Part shown: in pieces, positions 16,409-25,815 of the stretch | Position numbering within the stretch: the stretch's first letter is position 1 | Layout: the number at the start of each line of letters is the position of its first letter | Source: Candidatus Limnocylindrales bacterium | GTDB lineage: Bacteria; Chloroflexota; Limnocylindria; Limnocylindrales; CSP1-4 | Assembly: GCA_036404515.1 (NCBI GenBank) | Contig: DASWZK010000132.1 | Coordinates: forward strand, 1-59,004 | Direction of reading: 5' to 3' | Length of the DNA: 59,004 bases | Position numbers and translations under genes: made by a program | The notes under the pieces: generated by a model | Told to the model about the DNA's origin: nothing | Databases searched by the model: none | What the model saw: the letters and a program-made list of their open reading frames with translations, nothing else

Positions 16409-18664
16409 ATGTCGATTGAACCGCCGGTTCCCCCTACCCAGGCTGGGAAGACAGAACCGCGACTCCGATCGGCGCGCGTGCCGCTGGCCGATCGGCTGCG
16501 TCTCGGACTGGTTTCGCGGCCGACGCCCGAGTCGCGGTTCCGGCGCGTCCGTGACTCGGTAGCCCGTCATTATCCGCAGGCCGACCTCACTCCGCTGCGC
16601 GCGGCCTTCGAGATGGCCGAGCTTGCCCACCACTCGCAGACCCGCGTGACGGGCGAGCCCTACGTCACCCATCCACTGGCTGCCGCCCAGATTCTCGCCG
16701 ACATCGGCATCGATCCGGTCGCGGTCGCGGCCGCCATCCTGCACGACGTTCCTGAGGATACGGACTTCACCCTGGCCGACGTCGAGGAGCGTTTCGGAGC
16801 CGAAGTGGCGCAGCTCGTAGACGGCGTTACCAAGCTGTCCAAGTTCAGCACGCACAGCCACGAGGAGCAGCAGGCGGAGAACATCAGGAAGATGTTCCTG
16901 GCCATGGCAGACGACATCCGGGTCGTCCTGATCAAGCTGGCCGACCGCCTGCACAATATGCGGACCCTTTACGCCCTGCCCCCGGACAAGCAGGCCCGCA
17001 TCGCCCGCCAGACGCTCGAGATATATGCGCCGCTGGCCGAGCGCCTCGGTATCTGGAGTGTGAAGTGGGAGCTCGAGGACCTGGCATTCAAGACACTTGA
17101 GCCGGAGGCGTACCGGGAACTGGCGCGCACGCTCGACACCCGGCGAAAGGGCCGCGAGGGGTTCATCCGCCGTGCCATCGACGCTCTGCGCCCGGAGCTA
17201 CTCGCGGCCGGCATCCAGGCAGAGCTATCGGGCCGGCCAAAGCACCTGTACAGCATCCGCAAGAAGATGCAGCGAAAGAGCGCCGATTTCGGCGAGATCT
17301 ACGACGTGTATGCGATCCGCATCCTCGTGGAAGAGGTCAAGGACTGTTATGCGGCGCTCGGCGTCGTCCATTCGATGTGGCGGCCCATCCCCGGCCAGTT
17401 TGACGACTACATCGCCGTCCCGAAGCCGAACCTCTACCAGAGCCTCCATACCGCCGTGATCGCCCTCGACGGCCAGCCTCTCGAGATCCAGATCCGGACC
17501 CATTCGATGCACCAGGTGAGCGAGGTCGGGATCGCCGCCCACTGGCGGTACAAGGAGGGTTCGCGTGCCGATCGAGAGTACGACGCGAAGCTCGCCTGGC
17601 TGCGCCAGGTCATGGACTGGCAGCGCGACGTCTCGGACGCAACAGAGTTCGTCGAGGGGGTCAAGCTCGACGTCTTCCAGGACCAGGTCTTCGTCTTCAC
17701 CCCGAAAGGAGAGGTCAAGGACCTGCCCGCGGGCGCGACTCCGCTCGACTTCGCCTACCGCATCCACACCGATGTCGGTCACCGCTGCATCGGCGCCAAG
17801 ATCAACAACCGTCTCGTCCCGCTCGACTACAGGCTCAAGAACGGCGACATCGTCGAGATCGTTACAACGAAGGGCGAGCACGGGCCTTCGCGGGACTGGA
17901 TGAACCTGGTCCGAACCAGCCACGCCCGCGAGAAGATCCGCCAGTGGTTCAAGCGCCAGGAGCGCGACGAAAACATCGCCCACGGCCGTGAGTCTCTCGA
18001 GCGTGAGCTGCGGCGCCTCGCCCGGACCAGCCTGGGGGCCGTGGGCGCGGAGCGCGTGCTGGAGATCGCGCGGGGCTACAACCACGACAACCTCGACGAC
18101 TTCTACGCTGCCATCGGATACGGCGCGATTGGCGCGCAGCAGGTTGTCACTCGCCTCGGAGTCGTCGACGATGCGCAGCTTGCGCTGCCGCCCACCGCCC
18201 CGCCGCCGAGTCCGTCAAGACAGGGCGGCGTTCGAGTCAAGGGTGTTGGCGACCTGCTCGTCCGTTTCGGCAAATGCTGCCACCCGATCCCTGGCGACCC
18301 GATCATCGGCTTCATCACCCGAGGTAAGGGTGTCACGGTCCATCTCAAGAACTGCCAGACGGTTCTGGGTGAGCGCGAAACGGCGCGCCTGATCGAGGTC
18401 GAATGGGAGCACCAGGTCCAGCAGACCTACCCGATCTCGATCCGCCTTGAGGCCTACGACCGGACCGGTCTGCTGTCAGATATCAGCCAGGTCGTGGCCG
18501 ACAACAAGGTCAACATCGTCGCCGCGAACGTCGCCGTAACGCCCGATCGAACCGCCATCGTCCGCGCCACGCTCGAGGTTGCATCGGTCGCCCAGCTGGC
18601 TCGCGTCATGAGCCGCCTGGAGCAGCTCAAGGACGTGATCTCAGTCCAGCGCGATCTCGGGTAG
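16409..18664 (+). CDS. relA: Bifunctional (p)ppGpp synthetase/hydrolase (RelA/SpoT family)
   Basis: HD region HPLAAAQILA...LHDVPEDT. Synthetase region YRELH / HWRYKEG. TGS (VFVFTPKGEVKDLPAGATPLDFAY) and C-terminal ACT-like domain. Confidence 0.95.
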   Translation: MSIEPPVPPTQAGKTEPRLRSARVPLADRLRLGLVSRPTPESRFRRVRDSVARHYPQADLTPLRAAFEMAELAHHSQTRVTGEPYVTHPLAAAQILADIGIDPVAVAAAILHDVPEDTDFTLADVEERFGAEVAQLVDGVTKLSKFSTHSHEEQQAENIRKMFLAMADDIRVVLIKLADRLHNMRTLYALPPDKQARIARQTLEIYAPLAERLGIWSVKWELEDLAFKTLEPEAYRELARTLDTRRKGREGFIRRAIDALRPELLAAGIQAELSGRPKHLYSIRKKMQRKSADFGEIYDVYAIRILVEEVKDCYAALGVVHSMWRPIPGQFDDYIAVPKPNLYQSLHTAVIALDGQPLEIQIRTHSMHQVSEVGIAAHWRYKEGSRADREYDAKLAWLRQVMDWQRDVSDATEFVEGVKLDVFQDQVFVFTPKGEVKDLPAGATPLDFAYRIHTDVGHRCIGAKINNRLVPLDYRLKNGDIVEIVTTKGEHGPSRDWMNLVRTSHAREKIRQWFKRQERDENIAHGRESLERELRRLARTSLGAVGAERVLEIARGYNHDNLDDFYAAIGYGAIGAQQVVTRLGVVDDAQLALPPTAPPPSPSRQGGVRVKGVGDLLVRFGKCCHPIPGDPIIGFITRGKGVTVHLKNCQTVLGERETARLIEVEWEHQVQQTYPISIRLEAYDRTGLLSDISQVVADNKVNIVAANVAVTPDRTAIVRATLEVASVAQLARVMSRLEQLKDVISVQRDLG

Positions 18665-18778
18665 CGCGTTGGTCGGTCGTCGGTCCGTTATAGTCAGTCG
18701 GTCGATCGCACAGTCCGTCGCCCAGTCGCCGCTCCGGGTGATCGAGCCCCGGGGGTAGCAGGTCAGAAGGAGGTTCTC

Positions 18779-19189
18779 GTGTCTGACGAGTTCATCTACC
18801 CCGAGGGAATCAGCATGGAGGCGCTGAAGGCGCTTTTCGAGGAGGCCCTCCTGGAGGTCTCCGTGGACACGGACGGCGACTTGATCGTCAAAGACAATTA
18901 CCGCTGCTACTTGCGGCCCGATCCGGATGGCCGGCTCATCTCCGTGTATGCGATCTTCGGCGCCAACGCCGAGGCGATCGAGGCCGACAAACTGGCCTAC
19001 GTCAACAAAGTCAACGACCAGGTCAAGCTGATCCGCGCCTCTGTCTCGGGCAACGGCAAGTTCTTCTTCGACTACTATCTCTCGGTCGAAGGCGGCGTCT
19101 CGAAGCGCTCCATCGTCGTCGCCGTGCGCCGGTTCTTCTCCTGCCTCGCATCGGCGCTCCGCGAAGACGCCACGAATGTCGTGGCCTGA
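18779..19189 (+). CDS. Small cytoplasmic protein, possibly YbjN-like (T3SS-chaperone-like fold)
   Basis: GTG start preceded by GAAGGAGG, 136 aa. Family call by resemblance only. Confidence 0.5.
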   Translation: MSDEFIYPEGISMEALKALFEEALLEVSVDTDGDLIVKDNYRCYLRPDPDGRLISVYAIFGANAEAIEADKLAYVNKVNDQVKLIRASVSGNGKFFFDYYLSVEGGVSKRSIVVAVRRFFSCLASALREDATNVVA

Positions 19190-19274
19190 TCGGTTGGTCG
19201 ACAGCTGCGTCAGGACCGGCCCCAGGCCGGTGGCGCATCGCCGATCGCCGGCCGTGCTCGCATAGGATTGGCCG

Positions 19275-20561
19275 ATGCCGTCATATCGTGCCCCCAGGGG
19301 AACACGAGACCTCCTGCCCGAGACCCGGGCCGGTCTGAGCCGGCTCGAGACGATCGCTCGATCGCTGGCCGACCGCAATGGCTACCGCGAGATGGAGATC
19401 CCGCTCTTCGAGCAAACCTCGGTCTTCGAACGCGGGATCGGCGCGACCACCGACGTCGTCGAGAAGGAACTCTTCCGGCTGGCGCCGCGAACCGAGGAAT
19501 CTGAATCCTGGGCGTTGCGGCCCGAGGCGACGGCCGGCATCGTGCGGGCATACGTCCAGCACGGCATGCATACCTGGCCTCAGCCGGTGAAGCTGACCGT
19601 CGTTGGGCCCATGTTCCGCTACGATCGCCCGCAGGCCGGTCGCTATCGCCAGTTCTGGCAGTGGGACGCCGAGGCGATCGGCGATGCCGGGCCGGCCGTC
19701 GACGCCGAGGTCATCGAGATGGGATGGCGCTTCTATGCCGAGGCCGGCGTTCGCAGCGTTCAGGTTCTGCTCAACTCGATTGGCGACACTGCCTGCCGGC
19801 CGGCCTACCTGGGGAGGCTGAGGGCCTACTTCCGGGGTCATGAGGCTGAACTGCCGGAGCTTGAGCGCCGAAGGCTCGACACGAACCCGTTGCGTCTGCT
19901 CGACTCAAAGGATCACGCGATGGCGGCCCTTGTGGCTGCCGCACCGAGGATTGCCGACTCCCTGTGCGAGGCATGCGAGGCGCACTTTGCGTCGGTTCGG
20001 GCGCACCTCGACGCGGTGGGCGTGCCGTACCGCATCGAGCCGAGTCTGGTCCGGGGGCTCGACTACTACGCGCGAACCGCGTTCGAGTACTACCGGGGCG
20101 GTGCCGAGGGGCAGCAGCAGGCGTTGGGCGGGGGCGGCCGCTATGACGGCCTGGTGGAGCTGCTCGGTGGGCGGCCCACGCCCGCGATCGGCTTCGCGTT
20201 GGGTCTCGACCGAGTCCTGCTGGCGCTGGAGGAGGCGGGTGCGGAGGTGTCCCACGAGTCACCGCCGTTGGCGGTTGTGGCGGGGGCCGACCCGGCCGAC
20301 ACGGTCTCGCGTCTGCGAGTGGCATCGCTGCTGCGCGCCGAGGGGCTTTCGGTCAGAGCCGAGCTGGCCGTGCGAAAGCTGGGCCGCCAGCTGGAGACCG
20401 CGTCCAAAGAACATGCCCATTTCGCCGTCATCATTGGCGACGAGCTGGCCAATGGGCACGTCCAGCTCAAGGACCTCGAAGCCGGAACGCAGCGTCTTGT
20501 GCCACTCGTCGACCTGGCGCGCGAGCTGGCGCGAGCCGCGAAGAGCCACCACCACGGTTAG
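19275..20561 (+). CDS. hisS: Histidine--tRNA ligase
   Basis: APRGTRDLLPE, MFRYDRPQAGRYRQFWQ, GGGGRYDGL. Confidence 0.95.
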   Translation: MPSYRAPRGTRDLLPETRAGLSRLETIARSLADRNGYREMEIPLFEQTSVFERGIGATTDVVEKELFRLAPRTEESESWALRPEATAGIVRAYVQHGMHTWPQPVKLTVVGPMFRYDRPQAGRYRQFWQWDAEAIGDAGPAVDAEVIEMGWRFYAEAGVRSVQVLLNSIGDTACRPAYLGRLRAYFRGHEAELPELERRRLDTNPLRLLDSKDHAMAALVAAAPRIADSLCEACEAHFASVRAHLDAVGVPYRIEPSLVRGLDYYARTAFEYYRGGAEGQQQALGGGGRYDGLVELLGGRPTPAIGFALGLDRVLLALEEAGAEVSHESPPLAVVAGADPADTVSRLRVASLLRAEGLSVRAELAVRKLGRQLETASKEHAHFAVIIGDELANGHVQLKDLEAGTQRLVPLVDLARELARAAKSHHHG

Positions 20562-20730
20562 CGGTTCGGGCACGCGCTCTCCGGGCAGGCGGTCCCGCGG
20601 CGCGTTGACCGGAGCGGAAGCTTGTAGCCCGGGTTCGATCCTGGGGGGTCGGCCAGGGTGGTCCGTCGGCGTGCTCGCCGCATACTGTGAGTGAGGGCAG
20701 GCTTCATTCGGTCATATGGGGGGACGGGTG

Positions 20731-20961
20731 ATGTTGACCACGAAGCGCCCGGTCGCCGCCGTCGCAGTAGCCCTGGCAATATCGATGGCGGGGTGCGGCG
20801 GCGGGTCGCTGGGGCCGTCCGGCAACTCCGCCGTGAGTCCGGGACCTCCGCCGAGCTTGCCGGGGACGCCGGGGCATTTCGACGACGGCATCGTGTCGTT
20901 CGAGCAGGCGACACAAGACAGGCCATCGGCCAGCCCCATTCGGATACGATGCGCGGCATGA
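20731..20961 (+). CDS. Putative small lipoprotein (76 aa precursor)
   Basis: Signal peptide plus lipobox: MLTTKRPVAAVAVALAISMAG|C. G-rich SD-like run upstream. GC-rich third positions. Its stop overlaps ATG 20958 of aspS (ATGA). Confidence 0.5.
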   Translation: MLTTKRPVAAVAVALAISMAGCGGGSLGPSGNSAVSPGPPPSLPGTPGHFDDGIVSFEQATQDRPSASPIRIRCAA

Positions 20962-22871
20962 GTGAGCCCAGCCGATCGTCCACCTCGCCCGAAGCGGCTT
21001 TCAGCCCCGCGACTCCGTATCGCGATGTCACGTGCGGCGAGTTGCGCAGCGACGACGCCGGCCGAGAGGTCCGCATGGCCGGCTGGGTCCACCGCCGGCG
21101 CGACTACGGCGGCCTCATCTTCATCGATCTGCGCGACCGTTACGGCCTGACCCAGATCGTCGTGAACGATGCCGAGGCTCACGGGGCGACCGAGGTCGCC
21201 AATCAAGTGCGTAACGAGTTCGTGGTGGAGGTCCGGGGCACGGTCTCTCGCCGGCTTGCGGATATGGAGAACCCCAAACTCACCACCGGCGATGTCGAAG
21301 TTAAGGCCCGCTCGGTGGAGATCCTGAGCGAGGCGTTGACGCCGCCCTTCTACATCAACGAGCCGGATGCGCCCGTCGACGAGAGTCTCCGGCTGCGCTA
21401 CCGCTACCTCGACATCCGGCGGCGGCCGCTGCTCGATCGGCTGCTCCTCCGCTCGGACCTGGTCCGTGCCATCCGCGACGCCCACCATCGGGCCGGTTTC
21501 GTCGAGATCGAGACGCCGATCTTGCTCAAGTCCACGCCGGAGGGCGCCCGAGACTTCATCGTGCCCAGCCGGCTCCAGCCTGGCTCGGTGTATGCGCTCC
21601 CGCAGAGCCCCCAGCAGCTCAAGCAGCTGCTGATGGTTGCGGGCATCGACCGCTATTTCCAGATTGCCCGGTGCTTCCGCGACGAAGACCTGCGGGGCGA
21701 CCGGCAACCGGAGTTCACCCAGCTCGACTTGGAGATGAGCTTCGTTACCGAGGAGCGAGTCATGGATTTTGTCGAGGCCATGACCGTGGAGGTCAGCCGC
21801 GCGGTCGTGCCGGACCGACCGATCCAGCAGCTGCCCTTCCCACGGATCGACTACCACGACGCCATGGAGCGATACGGGTCGGACAAGCCCGACCTGCGAT
21901 TCGGGATAGAGCTGGTGGACCTGGCCCCGGTGCTGGGGGAGGGGAGCACCGGCTTCCGGGTCTTCGACGAGGCGATCGCTGCCGGTGGGCGCGTCAAGGC
22001 GATTGCCGTGCCGGGCATGGCCGATGCGAGCCGCTCCCAGGTAGATGAGCTGACGCAGTTCGCCCGCCGCTACGGCGCTGGGGGATTGGCCCACGTCTCC
22101 GTGGCTGCGGACGGAACCGGCCACTCGCCGATCGCCAAGTTCCTCGGCGAGGAGCGAATCGGCCGGATGGTCAAGACCGCAGCCGCAAAGGCGGGCGACC
22201 TCATCCTGATCGTGGCGGACGCGGAGGGCGACGTCGTGGCGGACGTCCTGGGTCGGCTGCGCCAGGAGCTCGGCCTGCGCCTCAACCTGGCCGACCCGGA
22301 CGTGCTGGCCTACTGCTGGGTCTACCACTTCCCGATGTACCAGTGGGACGCCGAGTGGCGCCGCTGGGACGCGACTCACAATCCGTTCAGCGGCGTGCTG
22401 CCCGAAGACGAGAAGCTCCTCGTGACGGCGTCGGGGGACCCATATGAGCCGTCTCGGGGTGACCCCGCCGGTCGAGCGCGGGCAATGCAGTACGACATCG
22501 CTCTCAACGGATGGGAGCTCGGCGGCGGCTCCGTCCGCATCCACCGGCGGGAGCTCCTGGAGCGGAGCTTTGCGCTTCAGGGCTACTCGCTCGAGAAGAT
22601 GCACGACCTCTTCGGCGGAATCCTGGAGGCCTTCGACTACGGCGCACCGCCGCACGGCGGCATCGCCATGGGCATCGATCGCTGGTCTGCCCTGTTCGCC
22701 CATCAGACCAACATTCGGGAAGTCATGGCTTTTCCGAAGACGCAGTCCGGGGCGGACCTGATGCTGGCAGCGCCTTCCGAGCCGGATCCAGGGCAGTACT
22801 CCGAGCTGGGCCTCCGCTTCGTAGGCGTCGAGTCCGCGGGGAGTGCGGCCGAGGGTGGCCCAAAGGCCTAG
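20958..22871 (+). CDS. aspS: Aspartate--tRNA ligase (start at ATG 20958 or 20949)
   Basis: GWVHRRRDYGGLIFIDLRDRYG, FRDEDLRGDRQPEFTQLD, GGGSVRIH, and the class II motif 3 region. Confidence 0.95.
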   Translation: MSEPSRSSTSPEAAFSPATPYRDVTCGELRSDDAGREVRMAGWVHRRRDYGGLIFIDLRDRYGLTQIVVNDAEAHGATEVANQVRNEFVVEVRGTVSRRLADMENPKLTTGDVEVKARSVEILSEALTPPFYINEPDAPVDESLRLRYRYLDIRRRPLLDRLLLRSDLVRAIRDAHHRAGFVEIETPILLKSTPEGARDFIVPSRLQPGSVYALPQSPQQLKQLLMVAGIDRYFQIARCFRDEDLRGDRQPEFTQLDLEMSFVTEERVMDFVEAMTVEVSRAVVPDRPIQQLPFPRIDYHDAMERYGSDKPDLRFGIELVDLAPVLGEGSTGFRVFDEAIAAGGRVKAIAVPGMADASRSQVDELTQFARRYGAGGLAHVSVAADGTGHSPIAKFLGEERIGRMVKTAAAKAGDLILIVADAEGDVVADVLGRLRQELGLRLNLADPDVLAYCWVYHFPMYQWDAEWRRWDATHNPFSGVLPEDEKLLVTASGDPYEPSRGDPAGRARAMQYDIALNGWELGGGSVRIHRRELLERSFALQGYSLEKMHDLFGGILEAFDYGAPPHGGIAMGIDRWSALFAHQTNIREVMAFPKTQSGADLMLAAPSEPDPGQYSELGLRFVGVESAGSAAEGGPKA

Positions 22872-22929
22872 GCCCAGGCCTTACGCAGACCGCCGCGTAG
22901 GCACAGATGTCGCGATGGCGCCTTAGAAA

Positions 22930-22954
22930 GCATGGCGACCGGAGGCCGCCATGC
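22930..22954. terminator. Hairpin GCATGGCG-(9 nt)-CGCCATGC between the convergent aspS and MobA-like genes
   Basis: 8-bp perfect stem read directly, followed by a GGGG-CTT-CCCC mini-hairpin. No clear U-tract. Confidence 0.45.
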
Positions 22955-22981
22955 GGGGCTTCCCCTGCATGCTCGGACCTG

Positions 22982-23647
22982 CTATCCCGAGGTATCGCCT
23001 GAACTCTGAGCGTGTGCCGCGAGGTCCGCGTTCCACTCCGGTGGCGGACCGGCAGCGGGCCCGGGCGGCCCTTGATAGCCGGGCATGCTCGACCGTGCCG
23101 AACCGAGGTCGTAGACGATCCCGGGGTCGCCGAGCTCGAAGAGCCTGACTGGCACTCCCTGGGCGATGACTGCAGCCACCGCCTCCGCCCCGTCCAGGCC
23201 CGCCTGCGCCGCCAGGCGTTCGGTGAGGCCGATCGGCAAGAGGATCGGGAAGCCGGCCTGTCCTGCGTAGGCCGGCCGAACGACGATGTCCGGAGTGGCG
23301 CCGTGCGCCTCGACGAGCGAAGTGACGGTCTCGGGATCGATCCAGGCGTGGCGGAACGGCCACAGCAGCCCGGCCGTCGTCTCTGCTACTGCCGCTAGGG
23401 CGGCGCGCTGCCCGCACACGAACCAGGCGATCCCGGGCGGCTCACCGGCGGCCGGGCGGGCAATCGTGACGGGCAAGTCGGCCACGGCGTCGGCGAGAGG
23501 CCCGGCAACTTCCTCGGAGACGAAGACGATCGGTATCGCGCCCCCGGACCAGGCTGCGTGAGCCACGCGGCGAATGGCGGGCTCGCCGTCCGCATCGCTG
23601 AGAGCGGCGGCCGTGTCCGGTACGAGGACGATCGCTGCTACGGTCAT
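22982..23647 (-). CDS. MobA-like nucleotidyltransferase-fold protein (NTP_transf_3-like) with a degenerate N-terminal NTP-binding loop
   Basis: ATG 23647 preceded by AAGGAGG. The C-terminal half (WPFRHAWIDPETVTSL...PAYAGQAGFPILL...ELGDPGIVYDLG) fits the MobA-like pattern. The N-terminus AAIVLVPDTAAALSD lacks the usual LAAGxSxRxG loop. Confidence 0.55.
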   Translation of the reverse strand: MTVAAIVLVPDTAAALSDADGEPAIRRVAHAAWSGGAIPIVFVSEEVAGPLADAVADLPVTIARPAAGEPPGIAWFVCGQRAALAAVAETTAGLLWPFRHAWIDPETVTSLVEAHGATPDIVVRPAYAGQAGFPILLPIGLTERLAAQAGLDGAEAVAAVIAQGVPVRLFELGDPGIVYDLGSARSSMPGYQGPPGPAAGPPPEWNADLAAHAQSSGDTSG

Positions 23648-23754
23648 TCGGGCCTCCTTGCGGCTTAAGGCGAGTGTAGCGCCTGCCAGTTCGGCGCTCT
23701 CAGGGGTGGTCCTGCCGACCGTGCCGCGTCGCGTATGCGACAATTCCAGAGCCC

Positions 23755-25713
23755 ATGAGTGACTCACCTCGTTCCGCCACGCCCCTCGATCCGACCCGAG
23801 GCGGCCCCGCCGTCGACGTCGGCCAATCGGTGCGCGACGATATCCGGAATGTCGCCATCGTGGCCCATGTTGACCACGGCAAGACAACGCTGGTCGACGG
23901 GATGCTTCGCCAGGCAGGCGCCTTTCGTGCCAACCAGGTCGTGGTCGAGCGAGTCATGGATTCCGGCGACCTGGAGCGGGAGAAGGGGATCACGATCCTC
24001 GCGAAGCAGACCTCGGTCGAATACGACGGTATCCGGCTGAATATTGTCGACACCCCCGGCCACGCCGACTTCGGGGGAGAGGTCGAGCGCAGTCTGAACA
24101 TGGTCGACTCCGTTCTGCTGCTCGTCGATGCAGCCGAAGGACCGTTGCCGCAGACGCGCTATGTCCTGCAGAAGGCCATGTCGCACCACCTGCCCGTGGT
24201 CGTGGCCATCAACAAGATCGACCGGTCGGACGCGCGTTCGGCCGAGGTCCTCGACGACGTGTACGAGCTCTTCATCGACCTCGGGGCGGACGAGCATCAG
24301 ATCGACTTCCCCGTGGTTTACACGAATGCGAAGGCCGGCACGGCAACGCTCGATCCGAGCAAGCCAGGCGCGAACCTGAGGCCGCTCTTCGAGCTTCTGA
24401 TCGAGCACACGCCGGCACCGCGCTTCGTGCCCGATCACCCGCTCCAGCTGCTGGTTACCAACCTGTCGGCCAACGACTACGTCGGTCGGATGGCAGTCGG
24501 ACGCGTCTGGAACGGCAATATCCGGATGGGCGGGCGGATCGCGATCGTCCGCGACGAGGTAGAGGACGCCTCGGGCTCGATCGAGCCGGGTCGGACCGTC
24601 ATGCTGAGCGGTATCGTGACGAGCCTGACGACGGCGCACGGCATCGAGCGCGTCGACATCGACGAGGCAGGCCCCGGCGACATCGTGGCCGTAGCCGGCA
24701 TACCCGACGTGACCATCGGCGACACGATCACCGACCCGAGCGACCCCCGGCCGATGCCCCGCCTGGACCTGGACGCCCCCACGTTACGGATGACGTTCGG
24801 GGCCAACACGTCGCCGCTCTCTGGACGCGAAGGCCGTTACGTCACAAGCCGGCACATCAGGCAGCGGCTGGACAGGGAGGTCCTCGGCAACGTCTCGATC
24901 GAATTCGAGCCGACGGACTCCGCCGACACGTACGAGGTCCGCGGCCGTGGCGAGCTCCAGCTAGCGATCCTGATCGAACAGATGCGTCGGGAGGGCTACG
25001 AGCTCCAGGCTAGCCGACCCGAGGTCATCCTGCGCACGATCGGCGGCGAGACGCACGAACCATACGAGCGCATCACGGTCGACATCCCGCCCGACTTCAT
25101 CGGGCCGGTTCAGGCGGCTCTGGCGGACCGAAAGGCTCGCCTGGAGCAGATGAGCACCGACGCCGATGGACGAGTTCGAATGGAGTACGTCATTCCCGTA
25201 CGCGGCCTGATCGGTTTTCGCGGACAGCTGCTGACCGAGACGCGCGGCACCGCCCTCATGCACCAGATCGGGGAGGGCTACGGTCCATGGGCCGGCGAGG
25301 TCACGCACCGGACCACCGGCGTGGTGGTGGCCGACAGGCCCGGCCTGTCCAACGCCTACGCCCTCTTCGGAGTGCAGGAGCGCTCGGAGCTGTTCATCGG
25401 CTCGGGGGTGGACGTGTACGAGGGCATGATCATCGGCGAGAACGCTCGCGGCGAGGACATGGACGTCAACGCCACCAAAGAGAAGAAGCTGACGAACATG
25501 CGGACCCACTCGCACGACGAGGCGCTCCGGCTGACGCCGCCGCGCGAGCTGACACTCGAGTCGGCCATCGAGTTCATCGGCGTCGACGAGCTGGTCGAGG
25601 TGACACCAAAGTCGATCAGGCTGCGTAAACGCGTCCTCTCGCAGCACGACCGCCGCCGCATTGCCGGCAGGGAATACGAGCAGCGGGTCGCCTCTGAGCG
25701 CGACGGGCGGTAA
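23755..25713 (+). CDS. typA: Translational GTPase TypA/BipA
   Basis: [38 protein letters not shown]. Confidence 0.95.
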   Translation: MSDSPRSATPLDPTRGGPAVDVGQSVRDDIRNVAIVAHVDHGKTTLVDGMLRQAGAFRANQVVVERVMDSGDLEREKGITILAKQTSVEYDGIRLNIVDTPGHADFGGEVERSLNMVDSVLLLVDAAEGPLPQTRYVLQKAMSHHLPVVVAINKIDRSDARSAEVLDDVYELFIDLGADEHQIDFPVVYTNAKAGTATLDPSKPGANLRPLFELLIEHTPAPRFVPDHPLQLLVTNLSANDYVGRMAVGRVWNGNIRMGGRIAIVRDEVEDASGSIEPGRTVMLSGIVTSLTTAHGIERVDIDEAGPGDIVAVAGIPDVTIGDTITDPSDPRPMPRLDLDAPTLRMTFGANTSPLSGREGRYVTSRHIRQRLDREVLGNVSIEFEPTDSADTYEVRGRGELQLAILIEQMRREGYELQASRPEVILRTIGGETHEPYERITVDIPPDFIGPVQAALADRKARLEQMSTDADGRVRMEYVIPVRGLIGFRGQLLTETRGTALMHQIGEGYGPWAGEVTHRTTGVVVADRPGLSNAYALFGVQERSELFIGSGVDVYEGMIIGENARGEDMDVNATKEKKLTNMRTHSHDEALRLTPPRELTLESAIEFIGVDELVEVTPKSIRLRKRVLSQHDRRRIAGREYEQRVASERDGR

Positions 25714-25815
25714 CGCCGCTCCGCGGTGTGGGCGCCCTGCCCGAGCGAGTTCTCGGCTTCGGTCGGGGCGGGTCGGGTGGAGGACCAGCGGGTGGGTCGG
25801 CGTACAATCTGGGCG

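Noticed and set aside
20621-20656. tRNA-like signal: GGTTCGATCC T-loop-like motif followed ~10 nt later by GCCA
   Set aside because: I could not build a 5-bp T-stem with a 7-nt loop. There is no complementary 5' acceptor strand upstream, and no D-arm or anticodon arm. It is more likely a simple hairpin (CCCGGG/CCTGGG) in the aspS leader.
20712-22703. Very long antisense ORFs (663 aa opposite aspS; also 40942..43113, 46699..48411, 54797..56593, 33578..35044 and 37125..38600)
   Set aside because: Each lies opposite genes with unmistakable housekeeping motifs on the + strand, several span multiple genes and intergenic gaps, and their translations are R/G/P/A-rich. These are typical shadow ORFs in GC-rich DNA.
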